Assembly (NCBI GenBank): GCA_965205945.1
Contig: CBDBIB010000002.1
Span: 32,001 to 96,000 of the forward strand
Origin: Bdellovibrionales bacterium
Lineage (GTDB): Bacteria > Bdellovibrionota > Bdellovibrionia > Bdellovibrionales > UBA1609
DNA: 64,000 nucleotides
Reading direction: 5' to 3'
Shown here: one piece after another, positions 45,730 to 58,100 of the stretch
Numbering within the stretch: the first letter of the stretch is position 1
Layout of the letters: every line of letters starts with the position of its first letter
The notes under the pieces: model-generated
What the model saw: the letters and a program-made list of their open reading frames with translations, nothing else
Database searches by the model: none
Told to the model about the DNA's origin: nothing
Translations under genes and position numbers: made by a program

Positions 45730-45805
45730 GCGGGAGTAGCTCAATTGGTAGAGTATCAGCCTTCCAAGCTGAGGGTTGCGGGTTCGAGACCCGTCTCCCG
45801 CTCCA
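45730..45805 (+). tRNA. tRNA-Gly(TCC)
   Basis: Cloverleaf, CTTCCAA loop, CCA end. Confidence 0.95.
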
Positions 45806-45837
45806 TTTTAAAAGGGTAAGGTGTTTAAGTTACTTAT

Positions 45838-45912
45838 GCCCATATGGCTCAGTGGTAGAGCACACCCTTGGTAAGGGTGAGGTCGAGGGTTCAATTCTCT
45901 CTATGGGCTCCA
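45838..45912 (+). tRNA. tRNA-Thr(GGT)
   Basis: Cloverleaf, TTGGTAA loop, CCA end; canonical Thr-Tyr-Gly-Thr-tuf order. Confidence 0.95.
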
Positions 45913-46067
45913 TTATAATAATGGTTTGCTTTGGTTCTTATGCTAAGGGGAGTAAAAGATTTTAAAAATGTGTGACAAGACTCTTTTTTAATGGCACTTT
46001 TTTTTAATTGGTTTTTAAATATTAAAAACGCTATAAGCGTTTATTTTGTCATTCTAGGAGGAATAAA

Positions 46068-47258
46068 ATGGCTAAGGAAAAATTCGAGCGTAATAAGCCG
46101 CATATAAATATTGGAACTATTGGTCACGTAGACCATGGTAAGACGACTCTTACTGCTGCCATTTCTATGGTTTTAGCTGAAGCTACGGGCTCTAAGGCCA
46201 TGAACTATGCTGATATTGATAATGCTCCAGAAGAGAAAGAACGTGGAATTACAATTTCAACTTCTCACGTTGAGTATGAGACAGAGAATCGTCACTATGC
46301 TCATGTGGACTGTCCAGGTCATGCTGATTATGTAAAAAACATGATTACTGGAGCTGCACAGATGGATGGGGCTATTCTTGTTGTTAACGCCGCAGATGGC
46401 CCTATGCCACAAACTAGAGAGCATATTTTGCTTGCTAGACAGGTTGGAGTTCCTTCTATAGTGGTTTTTTTAAACAAAGTTGATCAAGTTGATGATGCTG
46501 AACTTTTAGAGTTAGTTGAGCTTGAGATTAGAGAGCTTCTTTCTAAATATGAATACCCTGGAGACGAAGTTCCAATAATTGTAGGCTCTGCTCTTGCTGC
46601 TGTTGAAGGAAGAGACCCTTCTATTGGAAAAGATGCTATTCTTAAGCTTATGACTGAAATTGATAGATATGTTCCAGCTCCAGAAAGAGCAGTGGATTTA
46701 CCTTTCTTAATGCCCATTGAGGATGTTTTTTCTATCTCTGGTCGTGGTACAGTTGTTACTGGTAGAATTGAACGTGGTGTTGTTAAAGTCGGACAAGAGA
46801 TTGAAATCATAGGTATTAAAGAAACAACTAAGACTACAGTTACTGGTATTGAAATGTTTAGAAAGCTTCTTGATGAAGGTCATGCAGGTGATAATGCTGG
46901 CTGCCTATTAAGAGGTGTGAAGAAAGAAGATGTTGAAAGAGGACAGGTACTTGCTGTTCCTGATTCAATAAAACCACATAAAAAATTCAAATGTGAGGCC
47001 TATATTCTTTCTAAAGAAGAAGGGGGAAGACACACGCCATTTTTTAATGGATATCGTCCACAGTTTTACTTTAGAACTACTGATGTTACAGGTGTTGTGA
47101 CTCTTAGTGCTGGTGTTGAAATGGTTATGCCTGGTGATAGAGTTGAAATGAGTTGTGAGCTTATTTGCCCAATTGCCATGGAAAAAGAACTTCGTTTTGC
47201 TATCCGGGAAGGTGGAAGAACTGTTGGAGCAGGTGTTGTAACTGAAATTGTTGAGTAA
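46068..47258 (+). CDS. tuf: elongation factor Tu
   Basis: [17 protein letters not shown], full-length EF-Tu. Confidence 0.99.
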   Translation: MAKEKFERNKPHINIGTIGHVDHGKTTLTAAISMVLAEATGSKAMNYADIDNAPEEKERGITISTSHVEYETENRHYAHVDCPGHADYVKNMITGAAQMDGAILVVNAADGPMPQTREHILLARQVGVPSIVVFLNKVDQVDDAELLELVELEIRELLSKYEYPGDEVPIIVGSALAAVEGRDPSIGKDAILKLMTEIDRYVPAPERAVDLPFLMPIEDVFSISGRGTVVTGRIERGVVKVGQEIEIIGIKETTKTTVTGIEMFRKLLDEGHAGDNAGCLLRGVKKEDVERGQVLAVPDSIKPHKKFKCEAYILSKEEGGRHTPFFNGYRPQFYFRTTDVTGVVTLSAGVEMVMPGDRVEMSCELICPIAMEKELRFAIREGGRTVGAGVVTEIVE

Positions 47259-47282
47259 TATTAGTACTAAGCCCTAAATGCT

Positions 47283-47311
47283 AAAGAGTCTTTTTTTAAG
47301 GCTCTTTTTTT
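47283..47311 (+). terminator. intrinsic terminator after tuf
   Basis: AAGAGTCTT...AAGGCTCTT hairpin plus T-tract. Confidence 0.6.
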
Positions 47312-47330
47312 GAAAATTGAAAGTTTATAA

Positions 47331-47407
47331 AGGGTAGTAGCTCTAATTGGTAGAGCAGTGGATTCCAAATCCACCGGTTGTGGGTTCGAATCCCTCCTGC
47401 CCTGCCA
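47331..47407 (+). tRNA. tRNA-Trp(CCA)
   Basis: AGGGTAG/CTGCCCT acceptor stem, TTCCAAA loop, CCA end; upstream of secE. Confidence 0.95.
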
Positions 47408-47435
47408 TTTTAAGTGCTTTTTTTTTCTAGGAAAG

Positions 47436-47485
47436 TGTAAGCCATGTCTCCGGTATAAATTGTAAACTATGTGTCAGGATGGACA
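47436..47485 (+). mobile_element. IS481-type right-end remnant
   Basis: TGTAAGCCATGTCTCCGGTATAAAT-TGTAAACTATGTGTCAGGATGGACA: two subterminal repeats and ACA terminus typical of IS481 ends. Confidence 0.55.
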
Positions 47486-47486
47486 C

Positions 47487-47546
47487 ATTGTGAGAGTGTT
47501 AGAATCTAAGTCCACTGGCTGTGGTTTGAATATCCCTTGCTTCGCC
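47487..47546 (+). pseudogene. degenerate duplicate of tRNA-Trp 3' part
   Basis: GAGAGTGTTAGAATCTAAGTCCACTGGCTGTGG-TTTGAATATCCCTTGCTTCGCC aligns colinearly with the tRNA-Trp at 47331-47407. Confidence 0.6.
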
Positions 47547-47683
47547 TATTTAATCAGCATAAATTGATAACTTTTTGTTTTTTAAAGGAATAGTTGGAAA
47601 ACAAGTTTTTTGTTGATGATTCGAAAAAAATAACGTGACAAGGCATAGGTTTTCTGTGAGACATAAAAGCTCTGGAGTAAAAA

Positions 47684-48067
47684 TTGGATAAAGCAACGAC
47701 AAATAAAATTATGACGTTTTCCTTCTTATTGGCTGCGGTTCTTGTGTTTTGGACTGCTGGTGTTTTATTTGAGACTGCCTCTGATAGCTTTGCCGTTATA
47801 GCAAATTTTAAAGCACAGCCTATTATAAGGCACGGGTTTCCGTTTTTATGTGGTTTAGGAGTATTTTCGTGGCTTCAGTTTAGTGAGAAAAATAAAATTT
47901 TTGTTGACGAAGTGATTACTGAGACAGCTAAGGTTGTTTGGCCTTCGCTTCAAGATGTTAAGGGCATGACTATTGCGGTGACTATTATGTTGATTATATC
48001 GGGTATTATTATTTCTGGATTTGATTTTGGGGCTAGTAAGACTATAAAACTCATATTAGGTATGTAA
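47684..48067 (+). CDS. secE: preprotein translocase SecE (three-TM type)
   Basis: EVITETAKVVWPS motif, upstream of nusG. Confidence 0.92.
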   Translation: MDKATTNKIMTFSFLLAAVLVFWTAGVLFETASDSFAVIANFKAQPIIRHGFPFLCGLGVFSWLQFSEKNKIFVDEVITETAKVVWPSLQDVKGMTIAVTIMLIISGIIISGFDFGASKTIKLILGM

Positions 48068-48072
48068 GGACA

Positions 48073-48612
48073 GTGAACGTGGATAAAAAATGGTACATTG
48101 TTAATGTTCAAACTAGCTGTGAAGGGATTGCAAAATCTGCAATCCAAGAGCGAGTTGAAGCAAAAGGGATGGGAGATCTTTTTGGGGAAATTCTTGTTCC
48201 TACTGAAAATGTAGTTCAGCTTATTAAAGGTAAGAAGCAAAATAGGGTTAAAAAATTTTTTCCTGGTTACATTTTTATCCAAATGTTTTTAAATGATGAC
48301 ACTTGGCATTTAGTAAGAGGCAGTTCAAAAGTTACAGGTTTTGTTGGAAGGTCAAGTAATCAAAAACCTATGCCTGTTCCTGAGGAGCAAGTAACTCGGA
48401 TTACAAATATGGAGTCTGGGGCTATTAAGTCTATAACCAAGGCTGATTTTAATGTTGGTGAGTCTGTAACGGTTATAGATGGTCCATTTAATAACTTTTC
48501 TGGAACAGTTGAAGAGATTAATGAGGATAAAGGTAAAGTTAAGGTGTCAGTGATGATTTTAGGCCGCTCGACACCTGTAGAGTTGGATTTTGTTCAAGTT
48601 GAAAGAGGTTAA
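48073..48612 (+). CDS. nusG: transcription factor NusG
   Basis: WYIV, FFPGYIF, GPFNNF KOW, GRSTPVEL. Confidence 0.98.
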   Translation: MNVDKKWYIVNVQTSCEGIAKSAIQERVEAKGMGDLFGEILVPTENVVQLIKGKKQNRVKKFFPGYIFIQMFLNDDTWHLVRGSSKVTGFVGRSSNQKPMPVPEEQVTRITNMESGAIKSITKADFNVGESVTVIDGPFNNFSGTVEEINEDKGKVKVSVMILGRSTPVELDFVQVERG

Positions 48613-48677
48613 TTAAATTGTATTTTTTCCTAAATTAATTTAGGAGTACATTACAACTGTGTGTTGAGGAGTGGTAA

Positions 48678-49103
48678 ATGATAAAAAAAGTAGCAGGTGT
48701 GATTAAGCTACAGATACCAGCAGGGAAAGCGAATCCATCGCCTCCTGTTGGACCAGCACTGGGACAACATGGTGTTAATATAATGGATTTTTGCAAACAG
48801 TTTAATGCAAAAACTCAGGCCATGGGTGATACAATCGCTCCAGTTATTATTACTGTGTATACGGATCGTTCTTTTACATTCATCGTAAAAAGCCCACCGG
48901 TTTCAGTTTTATTAAAAAAAGCTGTAAACCTAAAGAGTGGATCTAAAATGCCTCAAAAAGACAAAGTTGGAAAAATTTCTAATGCACAAGTTGAGGAAAT
49001 TGCAAAAATTAAACTTCCTGATTTAAATTGTATAGGTCTAGAGCCTGCAATGGAACAGATTAGAGGAACGGCTAAGTCTATGGGCTTAGAGGTGGAGACT
49101 TAA
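48678..49103 (+). CDS. rplK: 50S ribosomal protein L11
   Basis: [30 protein letters not shown]. Confidence 0.99.
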   Translation: MIKKVAGVIKLQIPAGKANPSPPVGPALGQHGVNIMDFCKQFNAKTQAMGDTIAPVIITVYTDRSFTFIVKSPPVSVLLKKAVNLKSGSKMPQKDKVGKISNAQVEEIAKIKLPDLNCIGLEPAMEQIRGTAKSMGLEVET

Positions 49104-49104
49104 G

Positions 49105-49800
49105 ATGGGTAAAGTGTCTAAGAAAATGAAAGAGCTCGTAGTTAAGATTGATAAGGGTAAACAATACTCTTTAAATGAGGCTTTTAACTTAGTAATGTCT
49201 GGCAAGAGTGCTAATTTTGATGAATCTATTGACTTCTCCATTCGTTTAGGAATTGATCCTAAACAATCGGATCAACAAGTAAGGGGGGCTGTTGCTCTTC
49301 CTAACGGTCTAGGCAAAGAGGTTAGAGTAGTTGTCTTTGCTAAGGGTCCTAAAGAGGAAGAGGCAAAAAATGCTGGAGCTGATTTTGTTGGAGCTAATGA
49401 TTTGATTGAGAAAATTCAAGGAGGGTGGCTTGAATTTGATAAAGTTTTAGCAACACCAGATATGATGGCAACTGTTACAAAAGTTTCAAAAGTTTTAGGT
49501 CCAAGAGGATTGATGCCTAATCCAAAAGTTGGAACCGTGACTTTAAATATTGGAACAGCTGTTGAGTCAGAGAAAAAGGGGAAACTAAGTTTCAGGGTTG
49601 AGAAGAATGGTATTCTTCATGCCTCTGTAGGTAAAAAATCTATGGGTACAGAAAAACTTAAGCAAAATGCTGCTGTATTTTTATCAGCTGTAATTAAGGC
49701 TAAGCCTGCATCAAGCAAAGGTATTTATTTAACAGGTATTGCGATGTCTTCAACTATGGGCCCTGGGGTTAAAGTTGATGTGAGGTCTGTTATTGATTAA
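49105..49800 (+). CDS. rplA: 50S ribosomal protein L1
   Basis: FDESID, LGPRGLMPNPK, STMGPG. Confidence 0.99.
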   Translation: MGKVSKKMKELVVKIDKGKQYSLNEAFNLVMSGKSANFDESIDFSIRLGIDPKQSDQQVRGAVALPNGLGKEVRVVVFAKGPKEEEAKNAGADFVGANDLIEKIQGGWLEFDKVLATPDMMATVTKVSKVLGPRGLMPNPKVGTVTLNIGTAVESEKKGKLSFRVEKNGILHASVGKKSMGTEKLKQNAAVFLSAVIKAKPASSKGIYLTGIAMSSTMGPGVKVDVRSVID

Positions 49801-49819
49801 TTTTTTTTAATTTCTCTAG

Positions 49820-49925
49820 CTAGCCAGAGATATATTGGTGCCCTGTTTTATAAGTTATGCAGGGTTTAAATAAGTCAAAAGACTTAGCCATGTGAGGTAA
49901 AGGGAAAAAACCTTCTTGCCTGGTT
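49820..49925 (+). promoter_or_regulatory. putative L10 ribosomal leader
   Basis: Structured rplA-rplJ intergenic region (GCCCTG...CAGGGT, TAAGTC...GACTTA stems) at the position where L10 leaders occur. Confidence 0.4.
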
Positions 49926-49954
49926 AGAGAAAATATATGAAAGGAGGTAGTAAA

Positions 49955-50473
49955 TTGTTAACACGTGAGAGAAAAGCTGAAATGATAAAAGGTCTATCTA
50001 GTAGATTTGAACGATCTAAAGCGGCTTTTCTTGTGGACTTTAAAGGTCTTTCAGTTGAGCAAGTGACAATGTTAAGAAAGCAACTAACAAAAGTGGGGGC
50101 AGAGCTTAAAGTGGTACGTAATACCCTTGCAGTAAGAGCTTTAGCTGATCATAAAATTGAAAGTGGCGTTTTAGAGTCGAAACTTGTTGGAACGAATGCT
50201 TTTGTGTTTGCCTACGAAGAGGTTTCAGCACCAGCAAAGACTCTAACACAACTTGCAAAGGATATGGAAAATTTAAAGATCAAATCTGGTGTTATGGGTG
50301 GGGAAGAACTTGATGATAATAAAATTAAGTTCTTATCAACTCTTCCGGGGAAAAATGAGCTTAGAGCAATATTGTTAAGAACTTTGCAAGCTCCGGCTAG
50401 TCAATTTGTTCGTGTTTTAAATGCTGTCCCACAAGGAGTGGTAACAGTTCTTAAAGCTTATGCTGAAAAATAA
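49955..50473 (+). CDS. rplJ: 50S ribosomal protein L10
   Basis: DFKGLSV..LRK, VVRNTL; start revised to TTG 49955 behind AAGGAGGT. Confidence 0.97.
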   Translation: MLTRERKAEMIKGLSSRFERSKAAFLVDFKGLSVEQVTMLRKQLTKVGAELKVVRNTLAVRALADHKIESGVLESKLVGTNAFVFAYEEVSAPAKTLTQLAKDMENLKIKSGVMGGEELDDNKIKFLSTLPGKNELRAILLRTLQAPASQFVRVLNAVPQGVVTVLKAYAEK

Positions 50474-50516
50474 ATAAATAAATTTAAAAGTTATAAAAAA
50501 TATTGGAGAAAATAAA

Positions 50517-50882
50517 ATGACTGATTTAAATAAAATTGTGGATGAATTATCAACGCTACCTGTTTTAGAAGTAGCTGAACTAATTAAAATGCTTGAAGAA
50601 AAATGGGGGGTTTCTGCTGCAGCACCTGTTGCTGCTGCTGCTAACCCTGCTGCTGGGGCTGTTGAGGAGAAAACAGAATTTGATGTTATTCTTACAAGTG
50701 TTGGTTCAAGTAAAATTAATGTGATTAAAGAGGTGAGATCACTTACTGGATTAGGTCTTAAAGAAGCAAAAGATTTAGTTGAAGCAGCTCCTAAGGCTGT
50801 AAAGGAAGCGGTTAATAAAGAAGAGTCTGTAAAGATTAAAGAAGCTTTAGAAAAAGCTGGAGCAACTGTAGAAGTTAAATAA
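50517..50882 (+). CDS. rplL: 50S ribosomal protein L7/L12
   Basis: [28 protein letters not shown]. Confidence 0.99.
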   Translation: MTDLNKIVDELSTLPVLEVAELIKMLEEKWGVSAAAPVAAAANPAAGAVEEKTEFDVILTSVGSSKINVIKEVRSLTGLGLKEAKDLVEAAPKAVKEAVNKEESVKIKEALEKAGATVEVK

Positions 50883-51013
50883 TTTCATCACAGTTGATGT
50901 AATTTACTTTAAACCAGAGCCGCCCTTTAGAGCTCTGGTTGCTTTGGTTTAAAGAGAGCAAGAACTTTTTGTGTTTAATTTAAATCGTAACTTTAAAAAA
51001 ATGGAGATAAAAT

Positions 51014-54000
51014 ATGGCTAAGAATGCAGTCACAGCTTCTAACCTCAGATTAAGAAAGAGTTTCTCTAAAAATAGTGTCGTAATTGACATCCCAAATTTA
51101 ATTTTACTACAAAAGCAATCATACGAAAAATTTCTTCAAAAAGATGCTGATTCTGAAAGAAGAGAGGAGTTTGGTCTTCAGTCTGTATTTCAGTCTGTAT
51201 TTCCAATTTCTGATTTTAATGGAACATCTAATTTAGAGTTTGTTAATTATACCCTTGAACCGCCTAAGTATGATGTTGATGAGTGTAGACAAAGAGGGAT
51301 GACATTTGCCTCCCCACTAAAAGTAACATTACGTTTAATTGTTTTTGAAGTTGATGAAGTTACTGATGCTCGTTCTATTAGGGATGTAAAAGAGCAAGAG
51401 GTATATTTAGGTGAAATTCCGCTTATGACAACAAATGGATCATTTATTATAAATGGAACAGAAAGAGTTGTTGTAAGTCAATTACACCGTTCACCAGGTG
51501 TTTTCTTTGACCATGATGGTGGAAAGGGAAGTACAACAGGAAAATTTTTGTACAATGCACGGGTCATTCCTTATAGAGGGTCTTGGTTAGATTTTGAGTT
51601 TGATCAAAAAGACCTTCTTTATTGTAGAATTGATAGGAGAAGAAAATTTCCTGTAACAATTTTATTAAAAGCTTTAGGCTATAACGATGAAGAATTACTA
51701 CAGTTTTTCTATGATTTAGATAAAGTTATTTTTGAAAATGGAAAATACTTTAGATATATTAGTGTTGAAAAATTATCAGGTCAAAGAGCAATTTCTGATA
51801 TTAAAGATCCAAAAACTAATGAAGTTTTAGTTAAAGCTGGGCGTCGTATTACGCGTGCTTTAGTTAAAAAGATGGAAGCTGTTAATTTGGAAAGAATTGA
51901 AGTTTCTACTGAAGATATGATTGGTAAAACTTTAGCAAGGCCTATTGTTGATCTTACTACAGGTGAGGTTTTGGCTGATACAAATACAGAAACAACAGCT
52001 GATTTATTAGAGTTGGTAAAATCTGTAGGAGTGTCGGAATTTTCGGTAATCTTTTTTGATGGTTTATCAGTAGGTCCTTATCTTAGAAACACTCTTTTAA
52101 TTGATAAGGTTTCGACTAAGGATGAAGCTCTTGTAGAGATTTATAAACGTTTGCGCCCAGGAGAACCTCCGACAATTGAAGCAGCGGCGGCTTTTTTTAA
52201 GCGTTTATTCTTTGACCCAGAAACCTATGATTTAAGTGAGGTGGGTCGCTTAAAAATCAATCATAGATTCGGATTTGATAGTGGTAATAAATCTTTAGAA
52301 CTTCAAACGCTAACTCAAGATGGTATTATGGCTGTTGTTAAGACTTTGATTGATCTTAAAAATGGTCAAGGAAAAGTTGATGATATTGATCATCTTGGTA
52401 ACAGAAGAGTGCGTTCGGTTGGTGAGCTTTTAGAAAATCAATATAGAATCGGTCTTGTTAGAATGGAACGTTCAATTAAAGAAAGAATGAGCCTTCAAGA
52501 TTTAGAGACAATGATGCCACATGATTTAGTTAATGCTAAACCTGTAAATGCAGTTGTTAAAGAATTTTTTGGATCTAGCCAGCTTTCTCAATTTATGGAT
52601 CAAACAAATCCACTTTCTGAAATTACTCATAAAAGAAGACTTTCTGCTCTAGGTCCAGGGGGGTTAACTAGAGACAGGGCTGGTTTTGAAGTTCGTGACG
52701 TACATCCTACGCATTATGGTCGTATTTGTCCCATTGAAACTCCGGAGGGGCCCAATATTGGTCTGATCGCCTCACTTGCTACATATGCAAGGATTAACAA
52801 ACATGGATTTATTGAAACCCCTTATAGAGAGGTTGTGGAAGGTAAGGTATCTTCTGAAATTAAATATTTTTCTGCACTTGATGAATTTGGGAAAACAATT
52901 GCTCAGGTTGATAGGGATGAGAGGAAAACAGATAAGATTATAAAAGATAAAGTTAATGTTAGGCATGATGGAGAATATGAAATTCTTGATAAGAACTGCG
53001 TATCTTTAATGGATGTATCGCCAAGTCAGTTGGTGTCTATTGCTGCATCGTTGATTCCTTTTTTGGAACATGATGATGCAAATAGAGCTTTAATGGGATC
53101 AAACATGCAGCGTCAGGCCGTTCCGTTAATGAGATCTAAAGCTCCACTAGTAGGAACTGGTGTTGAAAGGCTTGTAGCTAAAGACTCTGGAACATCTATT
53201 GTTGCAATGAACGATGGTGTTGTTGAAGAGGTGGATGCATCTAGGATAGTGATAAGAAGGTTTGCAAGAGCTGGAGAACTTGGGGCGAATATTGATATTT
53301 ATAATTTGACAAAATACCAAAGGACCAACCAAAATACTTCGTTTAATCAAAAACCAATCGTTAATCTTGGTGATGTAGTTAAAAAAAATAATGTTGTTGC
53401 AGATGGTCCATCTACTGAGCTTGGTGAATTGGCTTTAGGCCAAAATATTTTAGTCGCATTCACACCTTGGATGGGTTATAATTATGAGGATTCAATTCTT
53501 ATTTCTGAAAGACTCATTAAAGATGATGTGTACACATCAGTTCACATTGAAGAGTTTGAGTGTGTTGCAAGAGATACTAAGCTTGGAAAAGAAGAGATAA
53601 CTAGAGATATTGCAAATGTTGGTGAAGAGGCTTTATCAGAGCTAGATTCTTCAGGTATCATTAGAATTGGTGCCGAAGTAACTCCGGGAGATATTTTAGT
53701 CGGTAAAGTGACTCCTAAGGGGGAGACTCAGCTTTCTCCAGAAGAAAAGCTTTTAAGAGCAATTTTTGGCGAAAAAGCTGGGGATGTTAGAGACAGTTCA
53801 TTAAGAGTACCATCTGGAGTTCAAGGCACTATAATTGATGCTCAAGTTTATTCAAGAGATGCAACTAATCAGAGTGAACGATTGCTATCAATTTTAAATG
53901 ATAAGAAAATCAAGCTTGAAAAAGATCATGGCATTGAACAAAATGTAATTAAAAACGCAGCTTTAGATAAGCTTAAGACTTTGTTAATTGGTAAAAAAAT

Positions 54001-55177
54001 AATTGGTGAACTCTTAAATGAAGATGGATCTAAAGTCTTATTAAATGAGGGTGATATAATTACAGGTGAAGATCTTGAGAGTATTCCATTTGGGCTTTTA
54101 AGCTATTTACCACTTGCTTCTGAAATCGAGCAACAGGTTGTTTATATTGTTGATGGCGCAAGAAATAAGCTTGAGGCCATTAAAATGGTTTTTGAAGACA
54201 AGATTGAAAATCTGTATAAAGGTGATGAGCTTCCTCCAGGCGTTGTAAAGATGGTTAAAGTTTATGTTGCAATTAAACGTAAGCTGCAAGTTGGTGATAA
54301 ATTTGCCGGTCGTCACGGTAATAAAGGGGTTATTTCTAGAGTTATGCCTGTAGAAGATATGCCTTATTTAGAAAACGGAACTCCTGTTGATATGGTTTTA
54401 AATCCACTAGGGGTGCCTTCTCGTATGAACATTGGTCAGATCTTAGAGATTCATTCAGGTATGGCAGCTAGAACACTAGGTGTTCAGATTGGTGATATGC
54501 TTGAAGATTTTAATGCAGATCAAGTAAGGGAAAAACTTAAAATTTCTTACTCAGATGATGTTATTTCAAAAAAGATCAATAGTGCAGATGACAATTCAAT
54601 TAAGAAGATGGCTATTAAAGTTAAAGATGGAATTCATTTAGCAACACCAGTTTTTGATGGTGCTAGAGAGTTTGAAATTAAAGAAATTTTAGCTCGTGCA
54701 GGACTTTCTACAACAGGTCAATCATTATTATTTGATGGAAGAACAGGGGAGGCCTTTGAAAACCCAGTTACTGTTGGAATCATGTATATGCTAAAACTCC
54801 ACCACTTGGTTGAAGAAAAAATTCATGCCAGATCTATCGGTCCATATTCACTAGTATCTCAACAGCCATTAGGTGGTAAGGCGCAATTTGGTGGACAAAG
54901 ACTTGGAGAGATGGAGGTCTGGGCCATTGAAGCATATGGAGCAGCATATTGTTTACAGGAATTCTTAACAGTTAAATCAGACGATGTGGCTGGTAGGACT
55001 AGAATGTATGAGAGTATTGTTAAAGGTGAGTATGTATTAGAGCCAGGTCTTCCTGAGTCTTTTAATGTGCTTCTTAAGGAATTACAGTCTTTAGCGCTAG
55101 ATGTGCAATTAGTAGAATCAAATGTTTTATCTGATGATGAAGTAGATGCTGTTAAACCTCAACTAGAATTACAATAA
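51014..55177 (+). CDS. rpoB: RNA polymerase beta subunit
   Basis: [34 protein letters not shown]. Confidence 0.99.
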   Translation: MAKNAVTASNLRLRKSFSKNSVVIDIPNLILLQKQSYEKFLQKDADSERREEFGLQSVFQSVFPISDFNGTSNLEFVNYTLEPPKYDVDECRQRGMTFASPLKVTLRLIVFEVDEVTDARSIRDVKEQEVYLGEIPLMTTNGSFIINGTERVVVSQLHRSPGVFFDHDGGKGSTTGKFLYNARVIPYRGSWLDFEFDQKDLLYCRIDRRRKFPVTILLKALGYNDEELLQFFYDLDKVIFENGKYFRYISVEKLSGQRAISDIKDPKTNEVLVKAGRRITRALVKKMEAVNLERIEVSTEDMIGKTLARPIVDLTTGEVLADTNTETTADLLELVKSVGVSEFSVIFFDGLSVGPYLRNTLLIDKVSTKDEALVEIYKRLRPGEPPTIEAAAAFFKRLFFDPETYDLSEVGRLKINHRFGFDSGNKSLELQTLTQDGIMAVVKTLIDLKNGQGKVDDIDHLGNRRVRSVGELLENQYRIGLVRMERSIKERMSLQDLETMMPHDLVNAKPVNAVVKEFFGSSQLSQFMDQTNPLSEITHKRRLSALGPGGLTRDRAGFEVRDVHPTHYGRICPIETPEGPNIGLIASLATYARINKHGFIETPYREVVEGKVSSEIKYFSALDEFGKTIAQVDRDERKTDKIIKDKVNVRHDGEYEILDKNCVSLMDVSPSQLVSIAASLIPFLEHDDANRALMGSNMQRQAVPLMRSKAPLVGTGVERLVAKDSGTSIVAMNDGVVEEVDASRIVIRRFARAGELGANIDIYNLTKYQRTNQNTSFNQKPIVNLGDVVKKNNVVADGPSTELGELALGQNILVAFTPWMGYNYEDSILISERLIKDDVYTSVHIEEFECVARDTKLGKEEITRDIANVGEEALSELDSSGIIRIGAEVTPGDILVGKVTPKGETQLSPEEKLLRAIFGEKAGDVRDSSLRVPSGVQGTIIDAQVYSRDATNQSERLLSILNDKKIKLEKDHGIEQNVIKNAALDKLKTLLIGKKIIGELLNEDGSKVLLNEGDIITGEDLESIPFGLLSYLPLASEIEQQVVYIVDGARNKLEAIKMVFEDKIENLYKGDELPPGVVKMVKVYVAIKRKLQVGDKFAGRHGNKGVISRVMPVEDMPYLENGTPVDMVLNPLGVPSRMNIGQILEIHSGMAARTLGVQIGDMLEDFNADQVREKLKISYSDDVISKKINSADDNSIKKMAIKVKDGIHLATPVFDGAREFEIKEILARAGLSTTGQSLLFDGRTGEAFENPVTVGIMYMLKLHHLVEEKIHARSIGPYSLVSQQPLGGKAQFGGQRLGEMEVWAIEAYGAAYCLQEFLTVKSDDVAGRTRMYESIVKGEYVLEPGLPESFNVLLKELQSLALDVQLVESNVLSDDEVDAVKPQLELQ

Positions 55178-55192
55178 GTAAGGAGTTAGAAA

Positions 55193-58100
55193 TTGAAAGA
55201 TTTATTAAACTTTTTTGATAAACCAAAAGATCCATTAGCCTTTGAAGGTGTTAAAATTGGTTTAGCTTCCCCAGAGCTTATTCAAAGCTGGTCGTTTGGT
55301 GAAGTTAAAAAACCTGAGACGATTAATTATAGAACGTTTAAACCTGAAAGAGAGGGTTTGTTCTGTGCTAAGATTTTTGGGCCAATTAAAGATTATGAGT
55401 GTTTATGTGGAAAGTATAAGAGAATGAAATTTCGTGGTGTTGTTTGTGAAAAATGTGGTGTTGAGGTGACTCAATCTAAAGTGCGCCGTGAACGTATGGG
55501 TCATATTGAACTTGCATCTCCAGTTGCTCATATTTGGTTTTTAAGATCACTTCCAAGTAGAATTGGAAACATTCTTAATTTAACATTAAAAGATGTAGAA
55601 AGAGTTCTTTATTGTGAAGCTTATGTGGTTATTGATCCAATGGAGACAACATTAGAAGAGTCTCAAGTTCTTGGGGAAGAAGCTTACCAAGCTGCTTTAG
55701 AGGAGTTTGGCCCCAATTTTCATGCTGATATTGGAGGCAATGCAATTTCAGAGCTTCTTAAAAAAGTTGATGTTGAGTACTTATCTAAAAAACTTAGGAT
55801 GGAGCTTAAAGAAGTTAAATCTGAAGCGGCAACTAAGAAACTAACTAAAAGACTAAAGGTTTTAGAGGCTTTTAAAGGTACAGTAAATAAGCCTGTGTGG
55901 ATGATGCTACAAAATGTTCCGGTAATTCCACCAGACCTAAGACCTTTAGTGCCTTTAGATGGTGGTCGCTTTGCAACTTCTGATTTAAACGATCTTTACA
56001 GACGAGTAATTAATAGAAATAACCGTTTAAAAAGGTTACAAGAGCTAAATGCTCCTGATGTTATTATTAGAAATGAAAAAAGAATGCTACAAGAAGCTGT
56101 GGATGCGCTTCTTGATAATGGAAGGCGAGGCAAAACTTTTACTGGTCCAAATAAAAGGCCTCTTAAATCTTTAAGCGATATGCTTAAAGGCAAACAGGGT
56201 AGATTTAGGCAAAATTTGTTAGGCAAGCGTGTGGATTATTCTGGGCGTTCAGTTATTGTTGTCGGTCCAAATTTAAAGCTCCATCAATGTGGTCTTCCAA
56301 AGAAAATGGCTCTTGAACTATTTAAACCATTTATTTTTGCAAAGCTTGAAGAACGTGGTTTTGCTACTACAATTAAGCAGGCTAAAAAATTAGTTGAAGA
56401 GCAGACTGTAGAAGTTTGGGATATTTTATCTGAAGTGGTTAAAGAACATCCGGTCATGTTAAACAGAGCACCTACTCTTCATAGGCTTGGTGTTCAGGCA
56501 TTTGAGCCTGTTTTACATGAAGGAAAGGCAATTCGTCTACACCCTCTTGTATGTACAGCGTTTAATGCTGATTTTGATGGTGATCAAATGGCTGTACATG
56601 TGCCGTTATCTGTTGAAGCACAGGTTGAAGCACGTGTGCTTATGATGTCAACAAATAATATCTTGTCTCCTGCAAATGGTAGACCAGTAATTAATCCCAC
56701 ACAGGATATTGTTTTAGGTTGTTATTGGATGACAAGAATTAAGCCTGGAGCAAAAGGTACGGGTAAACTTTTTGGAAACGTAAATGAAGTTCTTTATGCT
56801 TATGAAGCAAAGAATGTGGATTTACAAGCAGCTATTAAGGTTAGAGTTCATGGAAAAATTTATGATACATCTGTTGGAAGAGCTATTTTTAGTGATATTC
56901 TTCCTTTAGAGGTTCCTTTTAATGAAATCAATAAACCATTAGATAAGAAAGAGCTTGCTAGTGTGATTGATAAATCATTTAGACTTGCTGGCGGCAAAGC
57001 TACGGCAATTTTAGCAGACAATATTATGGAAAAAGGCTTTACCTATTCAACTAAAGCAGGGATTTCAATTTGCCTTGATGACTTAAAGATTCCTGAGGCA
57101 AAAACTAAAATGATTCAAACTGCTGAAAATGAGGTTTTAGAGATTCAAGGGCAGTACGATGAAGGTTTAATCACTGACGGTGAACGCTATAATAAAGTTG
57201 TAGATATATGGGCTCAAACTGGTGATAAAGTGGCCAAAGAAATGATGAGGCATATTGAAAAAGAAGAGTTTAATGTAAATGGTGAAACTGTTATAGGGGA
57301 TAGTTTTAATTCAATTTTTGTTATGGCAGACTCTGGAGCAAGAGGTTCAGCTGCACAGATTAGACAACTTGCAGGTATGAGGGGTTTGATGGCTAAACCA
57401 TCTGGTGAGATCATTGAAACACCAATTACTGCAAATTTTAGAGAAGGTTTATCAGTGCTTCAATACTTTATTTCTACCCATGGTGCACGAAAGGGACTTG
57501 CCGATACAGCACTTAAGACAGCAAATTCAGGCTATTTAACAAGAAGGCTTGTAGATGTGGCTCAAGATGTGATTGTTACCCAGCAAGATTGTGGAACAAC
57601 TGATGGAATGGCACTTGTGCCGTTAATGGAGGGTGGAGAAATCATTCAACCGTTAAGTGAAAGAGTGCTTGGTCGTACCTGCATGGAAGATGTTAAAGAT
57701 CCATATAGTGAAGAGGTTCTTGTAGAGGCGGGTGAAGAAATCGCTGAAGGTCATATTGAGAAAATAGATAAAGCTGGCGTTATTAAAGTTATGATTAGAT
57801 CAGTATTAACTTGTAAATCTAGACGAGGCGTTTGTGTTAAATGTTACGGTCGTGACTTATCTCGTGGAACAACGGTTAACCTTGGTGAAACTGTTGGTAT
57901 TATAGCAGCACAGTCTATTGGTGAACCGGGGACACAACTTACAATGAGGACATTTCATGTGGGTGGTACAGCAACTAGAGCTGTTGAGCAGTCAGTTCAT
58001 ATTTCTAGAATGGATGCACTGTTTAAATTAGAAGGTGTTTCCACGGTTACTAATAAAGATGGAAAGCTTGTTTCTATGAATAGAAGTGGATATATTTTGC

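Noticed and set aside
45595..45965. Two short ORFs from the track
   Set aside because: They lie over tRNA genes
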